From: Saccostrea echinata
Lineage: Eukaryota
Direction: 5' to 3'
NCBI RefSeq assembly: GCF_033153115.1
Contig: NW_026889750.1
Location: 3,534,001 to 3,598,000 of the forward strand
Length of the DNA: 64,000 bases
Shown: positions 50,156-60,288 of the stretch, piece after piece
How the letters are laid out: the number at the start of each line of letters is the position of its first letter
How positions within the stretch are numbered: the stretch's first letter is position 1
Translations under genes and position numbers: made by a program
The notes under the pieces: model-generated
What the model was told of the DNA's origin: nothing
The model's input: the letters and a program-made list of their open reading frames with translations, nothing else
Database searches by the model: none

Positions 50156-51089
50156 TTAAGATCACGCAATAGAGTGATTGAAAGCAAACGAAAAGGTATT
50201 CACAGAAAATGAAAAAGGCGGCATTTGCGCCAAAAATAAATTAATTATATAAACCATGCATTAAAGGATTGTTTTTACTGGAAAAAACCTTGAATCCGAA
50301 AAGGACATTAAAAAGAACACAAACTTTCAATTAAAGCTGTCCAAAATGTTGTAAATTATTGTTGTTAAAGTTATTAATGTTTGATGAAAAAAAGCATGAT
50401 ATTCCACATACTACAGCCAACTGCTTACTGCCAACTGCCACTGCTTATAAATGATATTGCCTATTTTATTGTCTTAATATCTTTAATACTCATGCTTGAA
50501 TAAATCTGATAGCAAGAAAAGAACGTCGAACAATAGTATTGTTCTGTCTACTGAAACAAGTCAATTTGTTTTTTCACGTGCACAAATGTCCCAAAAATAA
50601 AATATGTAGAGTGTAATAATATTTTATTTCAGAAAAGATATCTCATCAAATAAAGCTTAATTATTATATTTCATGTTTTGATTTTATCACCTTTTAACGT
50701 TTTATTATTTTAAGTTCATTTCACTAAATTCCCATACAGAAGGTACAGTACATATGTATGCATGTAGAGTAGTAAATAAATTTACCTGTAATCGGTGAGT
50801 TAGTTTATCAAATGTGATTGCCATTTTGAATTTTTACTACGAATTTTCCAGGTTTGCAAATACTCCTGTTGGATTTTTAATTAACCTTTTTTTATGATTT
50901 TAATCCTTTTCAGCCCTGATGTCATAATTAAATATATAAACCGGACATATTGTTTCTGAACAACATTGGTTTTTCCATTTAGTAACTTCCTGTTCTTCAG
51001 TCATGCGCATTGGTCTGTTGTCATAGAAGCAACGAAACTGAGTTCGTACCCAAAACACTGCTGGTGGAATATCGCACTACACAGAAAAA

Positions 51090-54000
51090 ATGATTCCTCC
51101 AAACGCATCATTGGTCAAATATGACAACCCAGTACTGGTCAGTCGGAATACAGATAAAAAGACACCGAGGGTAAGATTTTTAACAATCGGTTGTCAATGA
51201 GAGAAATGTCATTTATCGTCCAATAAAAAGTACGTTCTATTCTACAATTAACTACATCACAGCAATATGAACATTTGGTTGAATTAAACTCAATTGTAGA
51301 AAAATATTTTACAACACTATATTGTTATATTTATGATTTGCGTACTTGTATAGTGAAAAGGGGACTGCAATTCTAGTGTAATTTAATTATATATTTATCA
51401 AAGTACCATAATTTGAGTAAAATACAGAATGATATTAATGATGTATTTAAGTTATGTTAAAGTTAAATGTTTGACAACATACAGTAGAAACAAATTATGT
51501 AATATAAATGTGTGAATTTTAGGCAAGGGCTCTCAAAGTTAGCCCTGGACAACCACAAGCAGGAGGCCCAGTGCCAAATCCCCCAGGGAAACAGAAGATG
51601 TCATCTGTTGATGCTAAAGCAGCCCAGCAGACAGATGAAATTCTAAACTCAATTCTTCCTCCACGGTAAATAAAAAACATATATGCATATATTATGTTAT
51701 AAATTTTGTACTACATAGTGATAAATATGATTTGAAATAGATGTTGCTTTTTACCATCATATTACATGTTGATGAATATAGAGCTTACCGTATATACTCG
51801 CCTATAAGTCGGTCTGCCTATAAATCGGTTGTATTTTTTAAGCTTACACTAAAGGGATTGACCCGCTATTATACCAATATTTTCATAACTCGCCTATAAG
51901 TCGGACAGGCGTTTTTGGACCAAAGTTTAACTCCCAAGAAACCGACTTATAGGCGAGTATATACGGTAAATTAATTATTCTTCATATAAAGGGACAGGTA
52001 TTTTCCATATTGTGTGTTTAAGTCTTTGTCTCATATCGCAAATATTTCTTACAGGGAGTGGCAAGAATCAGGACAACTGTGGGTACAGCAAGTCTCTAGT
52101 ACCCCAGCCACTCGTTTAGATGTCGTCAACTTGCAGGAGGAACTTGACAGGAGGTTACAACAGAGACAAGCCAGGGAAACAGGAATCTGTCCAGTCAGGC
52201 GTGAACTCTATTCCCAGTGCTTTGGTAAATAACTTACTGTAAAATAAATTTTAAAGAATTTTGTCAATGAATTAGCATTTTCATGATTAGGATTACAACA
52301 ATAGTAATATCTTTTTTTCTAATGATATAATTAGAAAATTAACAGCATAACATTTACAGATCTATTCAGATACATTATTATATATACTGTAAGTTTGCAT
52401 TACTACTCTTTTGTAGATGAACTTATCCGTCAAGTCACCATCAACTGTGCAGAGAGGGGTCTCTTGCTCCTCCGAGTCAGAGATGAAATCAGAATGACAA
52501 TAGCAGCCTATCAGACCTTATATGAAAGCAGTGTAGCCTTTGGAATGAGGAAAGCCTTGTGGGCAGAACAAGGAAAAGCTGACATGGAGAAGAAGGTATT
52601 CATTGATCAAATATTGTAAATGTACTTTTTTCCATGGCATCATAATTCCCCGGAATCACAATGTCTGTTCAATCTCAAGGCATAAAATTATGCAGATTTC
52701 TTGGATTGTCATTATATGTCATTAATGCATTTAAGTATGCTGTGACAAATTTCAACAGAAAAATTATGACCATTTATATGACGTTAATTAGTCCCTAGCA
52801 GAAAAGGTTACATCTACAGTATGAAATTGCAGTTCTCTTACTCTCATTCAAGGGTTAACTTGTCATTAAAAAATCATTTTATTTTCCAATTGCAGATTTC
52901 AGATCTCGAACAGGAAAAGCGTGACTTAGAAAAGCAAGTTAATGAACTGAAGGGTAAATGTGAGCAAATTGAGAAACGTGCACAGGAGCAGAGAATGGTG
53001 GAGGAGAAGAAACACACTGAAGAAATGCAGTTTTTGAAGAGAACAAACCAACAGCTCAAGGTATGATCAGGGTTTTTTCACTAAAAAGGAGTGGGTTTTT
53101 TTTACTTCAACCATTTTTCTAATTTCTAGGTTTATTACATTTGAAAGTGGAGGAAAATAGATGAAATTGTTTAAGATGGAATGTGTATATTGTTAGAAGT
53201 TCTGGAAATAAATATCAGATCAGAATTGCAATTTATGTTTAATATCTAAAGGTGCAATAGCAGGCCTTTTGAATTACTTCTTTCCTTGTTGATTCAAATG
53301 CAGATGCATTATATGGTTTTTTTTTCTTTGTGTCAATTAAACTCTAGACACAAATGAGTATGATTATGGGGGAGGAAAATGAGGAGGTATAGAGTTGTAA
53401 GTTAAATTTTGCACAAAACTATGTTGTGGATTGCATGAAAAAAAAATTCTGACAATTGTTGATGATATTGGAAGAACAGAACCATCTTGCAATCTCAGAA
53501 AAAAGGTAGTCATACATTTTAAAATGTGTTTAGCTAGAAGAAATTGTGTTGTTCACAAGAAAAATAAATGATTCTATTGTTTATTAGGGTCACTAGTAGA
53601 ATATTTGTGTAGCATCACAACAGCTGTGTAAATTTAAATGAAAGCTTAGTTTTTTACATGAATATTTTTACTACACAATTGCATGATATCACATATGTCT
53701 GTTTTTCAAGATTTGAAGTAATTTAGTCATTTGTAAATTATCACAATTTATTTGTCTTTATTATTGAATCCAAAGTACTTCTATATAGTAAAAGGTTAAT
53801 GGAGACTAAGAGTTTCAAAACAGTAACAATTAATGCATGGAATCATGATTCAAACTTTGGAGGCATTATTAACTAATATAAAATTATAATTATGATGAAA
53901 AATTCACTCTTTTATCCAAATTAATGTGAGATTTCAGAAAAAAATCTTTCTAGATATCTTCAGTGTTGAACTTTCTTCAAAGTTAATTTCTTATGAAAAA

Positions 54001-54148
54001 AGTGTTGAAAAAAAATTTACATCTGTTTTTGTTTTTTAAGAATCATTCTTGGAGAATTTTAGACTGAAGGTATTTGTATATTTTAATCAATTGGTAACTT
54101 CTTTTTTTACAGACTCAGTTGGAAGGAATCATCGCTCCAAAGAAGTAA
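51090..54148 (+). CDS. DNALI1: Axonemal dynein light intermediate chain 1 (p28)
   Basis: Exons 51090-51170, 51523-51665, 52055-52224, 52417-52595, 52896-53060, 54113-54148. MIPPNASLVKYDNPVLVSR, EILNSILPPREW, QRQARETGICPVRRELYSQCFDELIRQVTINCAERGLLLLRVRDE, TQLEGIIAPKK*. Confidence 0.97.
51788..51966. mobile_element. Tc1/mariner (pogo-like) MITE in a DNALI1 intron
   Basis: TA|CCGTATATACTCGCCTATAAGTCGG...CCGACTTATAGGCGAGTATATACGG|TA. Confidence 0.85.
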
Positions 54149-54750
54149 TAGGATAATTGGAAAATTCAATGAAATTTCTGTTCCACATAAAAATTGAAAA
54201 ATCGCATTTTCTAGCATTTCTATTTTATTGACCAATGTTGATGTAACATTTAAATATGAAAGACATAATTGATTCCAAAAAACGTTGAAAACTTTTGTAA
54301 TCATAATGGATTATCATTGTTTATGATGTGAAAACAGGTTGTTTTGTGATAATGTATATACTGTATATATTACAAAGACATTATTGTAAAATCATAAATC
54401 TTTGTGACATTCCATGATGTCAGTGTTTACAAATATAAACACATGTATTTAAGGTAAAAGTTTCTTATTGTTTATGGAATAAACCTTTCTAAAGGGAAAA
54501 AAAATCGATACGTAATTGAAAGAAGCTGAAAAACTTTAATATATTTAAATACTATATTAACATAAAAATGTTGCCTTCCCTGGTTTTTATTCAACCTAAA
54601 CAGTTTATCATGCATATATTATGGCTTTATTCTTGAAATTTACATCACATTGTGTATTAACTTAATTGCAGAGAATTTGAGTAAAATATATTTATTTCAA
54701 TCTAAATTAAAATAAAATTTTCAATGAATATGATGATTTAGCCATCCTTG

Positions 54751-54899
54751 AAGCACAGGGGTTTGCTCCCGGCGTGTAATAATTATTTATTAAAAATCAT
54801 ATTTGGTAATACTAAAACAACACTTGTGTTGTTTTAGTATTACCGTATATGATTTTTTAATAAATAATTATAACACACCAGGAGCAAGCCCCTGTGCTT
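54751..54899. mobile_element. About 150-bp foldback element (hairpin family 4)
   Basis: AAGCACAGGGG...CCCCTGTGCTT with near-perfect arms and apex AAAACAACACTTGTGTTGTTTT. Confidence 0.65.
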
Positions 54900-56869
54900 G
54901 AAGTATATAACATGTATATACATGTACTCCTCTTGTGCCGAAATCATTGACTGGAAAAAGAAGCAACGGTTTCAAATGTGCCGGGGGGGGGGGGGTGGGG
55001 GTCAACTTTACCACTAAATCTGACAAGCAAAAAAAAGGTAATTTACTGTCCAGATCATGGAATTTGCCAGTGCTCGTTCTTACAACATCAAAAAAATGGG
55101 GGGGGGGCAGTATCTTAAGAAAAATTTACTGTAGCAAAATACATGTACTATTCTCAGAAAAAAGTGAGGGGGCCCGCGTTCTACGGTCCTGCTTTTATTT
55201 TATGATTCAATTATTATAAGTGATACGAATTATATGAGCATACCATCTTTCGTGATTTGTTTACAATCTTTGAAGTCATTACCGAACACTGTGAGCGGAG
55301 CGGGATTAAAAAGTACCATAGCCAGTTGATTTCTTGAAATTTTATGTTTACCTGGAAGTCGGATGCAGGTGAACATAACTTTTCATAAATATAACTTTTC
55401 AGAACCAATTGTATCAATTTAATTGTTCTCGATCTATTTTTAGTCCAATATAAAAAAAATGTTATATTCACCTGGAAGGTCTTGTGCAGCTGAACATAGA
55501 TTTTCATAGTTTATTGTATCAATTTGGAAATTCTCGATTAATTTTTAGTCAAATGTAGCAAAATATAAATGTTATGTTCACCAAGGTCTCGTGTAGGTGA
55601 ACATAAGTTACATAACATAGTATGATTTCTACAATGTTGAATCACAGCCAATCAGAGAACTATAGAAATTATTAATCATATCCAATAGTATTTTTTATAC
55701 ATCGGTAAAGGGACAATTTCTAAAACTTAATTAAAAAGGAAAATGATACGATCCATTGTGTATATCAGATATCAGTATGTATAGTATTCATGATATGCTA
55801 GAACTTCGTGTATTCTGATATGTTTGCTTGTCTAAAAGAATCTTAGAGGGGGTGGAATAGGTTACCCTACAGCATCCATGCATACATCAGGTGCTTATGA
55901 TTAATAATTGGTCGAATATTTGATATGGTATAGATAATAAACAAGCAGGTGAGTTTTTACCAGAAATATAAAAAGGGTCATCTGTTCATCATGCATGGTC
56001 ATCTGTGTTAAGAAATATAGATCGATAACAAGTTTTTATTTTTTTTTTTAAAGCAAAGGATTTCCGATATAGTTGGTTGGATAATCTTTGATTTCAACAC
56101 AACAGAGAACCAAGTGATTGTTTTACATTTTTGACCTGATAATTAAAAACAAATCGTTTGTTTGTTATTGCAAACAGTGTATAAAGATCGATGATTATTG
56201 AGCAAACGGTCCTATAAAGAAACATCGACAGTAGGTGTAAAAGCACTGGTTGAAATCAGTAAATGAAAAACTTAGATCAATGAATTAAGTCTTGCATGGA
56301 CAGATTCAGGATTTCCAGTTGAGGGAATGTTGGGGGGGGGGGGTGCAAACAATCTTCTACAAAAAGTTAAAGACACCATAAACCCACAATACTTTTACTT
56401 AATATGAGTTCAATAGCATAAGTTTTATTATGACTTTCTTATTTTGAGGAGGCATCGGGTGCCCCCTTCCAAATCCGCCATTTTTGTGAATAAAAGATTC
56501 AAAGTGCATTTGATATTCAGTAGATAGACTAGGTCTTTCCAAATCTCATCTTAGTTGTAGAGAAGACATAATAAAAACAAGCAAATCCAAGTGTAAAAAC
56601 CGCAGAGCAAACACCACTAGTATTAAAGATGCAAAGATTTGAAAGTCTGGGCATCTTTAAGAGTGATCATTTCCCTAAACCAATTTACGAAAGAAATGCT
56701 AATGAATACAAACGTGAGGTATTAAAGAACAATGTGGAGTTCATGTGGACCATTTATTTATAGGCTTATACATATTTAAAAAAAAAGTTTTAAGAAGCAA
56801 AAAAAGTTCCTTGGGATCTCTTTCTCTCTCTGTGTGTGTGTATCGCTTTAAAGAAAATTCCTTAAATTC

Positions 56870-56872
<3 letters not shown>

Positions 56873-56907
<35 letters not shown>
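56873..56907. repeat. (CT)n microsatellite
   Basis: About 17 CT units. Confidence 0.9.
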
Positions 56908-56909
<2 letters not shown>

Positions 56910-56923
56910 TTCAGTGAAGTAAG

Positions 56924-57183
56924 CAGGTGAGGATCCAGGATTTTTTTTGGGGGGGGGGGCACCCAATTCAAAAACCAATTTCCAATCCAGAAAATTCTTG
57001 ACAAGCAAAAAAAAAAAAAAAATGAAAAAAAACTATTTCGTGGTGGTGATGGTGGGGTCCACGTTTTCTTGGGGTGGGGTGGGGTCCAAAGTTATGTTTT
57101 ATTTGCTTCAGTATATACTTTTAATAACTCTGAAAATCCCAGGGGGTCCGGACCCTCCTGACCCCCCTCTAGATCCGCGCATG
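56924..57183. mobile_element. GGATCC-type MITE (hAT-like), degenerate
   Basis: CAGGTGAGGATCCAGG...CTAGATCCGCGCATG; a related fragment lies at ~56295-56480. Confidence 0.45.
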
Positions 57184-57799
57184 ATACGTGTCTATAAACT
57201 CTTCTTCTTGAGAGTAAGAACCCTTGTACGAGGCTGTCAAGCCCCCCCCCCCCACCCCCAACCAATGACATACATGCACTTACAACGTATTAATTAAAAA
57301 ATTGTTGTTAAAATTCAGTATCCAAAGTCGATGCCACATGCAGATCTGAGAATTACATTGAATGTACATAGCTATATAATAATCGATATTCATTTAGATC
57401 TGAAGGTTTCATTTTTATTTCAATACGAAATTTAAGCGCATATATATAATTACATGCGGTGTATTCTTTTGTTGAATGCTCATTGCATGATCTTTTGTGA
57501 TTGTAACGTTAACGTTTTGTCAAATGACAGGATTGTTAAAACTGTGCTACATACATGTATATCCAATTTAATGACACAACAAATGTTTAAAAATTGTCAA
57601 AGACTTCATCCCTGTTTAAGTGTTTTAGCGTTTTTCCAAATATATTTACTTCATGATATAGATTATTTCTTTGTGGATTAAAAACCCAACTATATATACC
57701 AGGCCAGGTAAATTCTCTTTTTTTGTAGGTGGTAACATTTTGTACTAGGAACTATAAAAGATACATATTAAAATCTAAATTTATCTTGAGTGCTTCTCG

Positions 57800-58078
57800 T
57801 TCTTCCACGTTGCAGCATCCTTAGTGCGTATCAAGTTACTGCCACGCACATGGAATATTTACACCAATGATGAATAACATAAGAACGTCAGTAGGAATCC
57901 CACTAGCCACGTTGGAAGAAATTGATTGGTTGATTTAGGCCATGTGACATTGTCTTATATTTTCATTGGATAATGTGTAAGTGCAACAGAGGTTATTCAT
58001 TTTGACACGTTTAGTAAGTATTTATTCCCACTGAAACTGTTTTGTATTGATTTTTTGCTAGTGTTGTTGAATTCTCAG
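57800..58078 (+). promoter_or_regulatory. Putative calumenin promoter and non-coding first exon
   Basis: CCAAT/ATTGG boxes (57864, 57925, 57965), CCACG boxes (57805, 57842, 57907), donor CAG|GTAATT at 58078; the coding exon starts directly after an acceptor at 60288. Confidence 0.45.
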
Positions 58079-58917
58079 GTAATTGATAGGCGTCTTTTAC
58101 CTCAGCTAATAATAAGATGCACTGTAAAGACATCAAGGTAATAACTTTTCTTTTACATTGGGTGACAGCGATTGCTTTGGGTAATATGAGATACCGCAGG
58201 TCTGCAGTTTTATGTGCATGCTGAATTATTACTTGATTTTACTCGGGTGCTGCAAGTTTATGGATAATTTTGGAGAGTTTTCTTTTATGATTCTATTATC
58301 CTACATTTTATTACATGAAACTGAGTTGGGGAAAATATTTATGAATGCCGGTAGTGTGCATTCCGATCCCGATGCATATAGGATGCATAATTTTGTCAAC
58401 CTGAGCTAATCCTTTCATAGGACTTTGTGACTTAAATATTTAAATCGTATATTTAAAGCTCTGAGAGATTATAGGGCATTAGAGATTGCCAATATTGAAC
58501 AACAAAAGAAAATGCATTGAGTATTTTTTTAAAATATGGTACTGCAGAACCATAGACATTTCATTTGCATGAAAATTTTGTAAGCCAGTTTAATCAGTAT
58601 TACTTAGAGTCATATATAAATTGTATCTTTATATCATAAATTTCATTAATAAAAAAGTTTTCTATTTTGTTGTCTAGTTAATGATTATCTATCTTCATAT
58701 ATGCTAATTTTAGTCAGAAAACGTTGCCCATATATTTTCCCACAACTAAAGGAATCCTCACCTAGAGCAAAATGAGAAGGTTCCCTTAAAACTGTGTATA
58801 AAGCACACATTTGCAAAATTTTAAGGATTTGAATCTGTGAAATACCTTTCACTTACTTGACCTAAATCTACAGAGAGGATTACAGAAAAAAGGGCGAATT
58901 AAAAAAAAATTAGGTAA

Positions 58918-59345
58918 GGCAAAAAAAAAATAATAGTCTTGTTTCCTGCTACCCGACCTACCCTATTTTTTTGCACCCGACCCTAATTTAAAAGTTTTTT
59001 TTAAGTTTTGGAAGAAAAAAAATCGGGAATTTCTGGAATTTCATGGATCTGTCACCGTAATCGGTTTCTGTGTTAACACAAAACAAGCATTTCATGAAAT
59101 TCTTGTTTTAAATATGGACTTTCATAAAATACCACTTGAGTTGTGCATAAAAAGACATGAAAGTTTTATTTTAAAAGACAATATTGACCTGTGACATGTT
59201 TAATTTGATCTTGTATTAGTTCATATCCTAAAAAATGCCGTTGGAAAAAAATAAAATAAAAATATAAAATAAAATAATTTTCCTACCTACCTACCCTATT
59301 TTTTCAGACTGGTAGCAGGAAACAAGACTATTATTTTTTTTGGCC
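58918..59345. mobile_element. PIF/Harbinger-type MITE in calumenin intron 1
   Basis: TAA|GGCAAAAAAAAAATAATAGTCTTGTTTCCTGCTACC...GGTAGCAGGAAACAAGACTATTATTTTTTTTGGCC|TAA. Confidence 0.8.
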
Positions 59346-60288
59346 TAATATATGTACAGAATTTCAGTCATTCCATTGGCCCAAGAGAAATATCTTAAGC
59401 AGGACTGCTTTTCAGATAACTTTAAGAAATACATGTATCAACAATGGTGAAATAGAATGTTGATTCAGAGTTTTAGACAAAATCTTGAAATTCATGACTG
59501 GCAATTTTTTTGGAAGTATTGAACACCATTGGAATTGGATAGCATATGATTATATACTCAGTAAATGGATTGCTTTTGTAGTTAAATTATATAATTTGTT
59601 TAATTGTGCTATATTGTCTGTATCGAAGCATTTACTTTAAATAAATGTTATGATGATGAATGCAAATACTTGAAATTGTTTAATTTGCAATTTAAGTATG
59701 ATATCTATTAACTAAACCAGTTCTTGTAATGATTGTTATAAATGTCATAGTGATACATCCATTTATTCCATACTCCCATATAGAATCAAATATTACAGGA
59801 GTACAATTTGTCGTTTGATCTTTGGAATATGTTTTACACGTAGCAACCACCTGTGACTTTTGTTGATATATAATTATACTGTGTGTCTAGCATTGTTATC
59901 TTGTTTGCCGGGGAGTTTTGTCAAATATCATGCTTCTGCAGCTGTCATTGTCTACCACGAAATGTTACAATTGTTACAGACATTTGAAACGTGTATGTAC
60001 TAAACTGAACAAACAGAGTGTTATTTTATTGATTGGATATGTAGATTTCATTTATTGTACTTCTGTGTATTTAAAAAAAAATCAGAAAAGACCTAAACAA
60101 TATGAAATATTGATATCATATATTGTCTGATAAATAATGATATTACAAATTGAGACAAATATCACATGAATAAGATTTCATAGAAGTGTAAATTTCTCAA
60201 ATACTTTGCATCTGTTGCTTATTAGTAAATTATGATGCATGAAGAAAAAGTAGTTAATTTGTCATTTTTTGACTTTTTTTCTTTTCAG

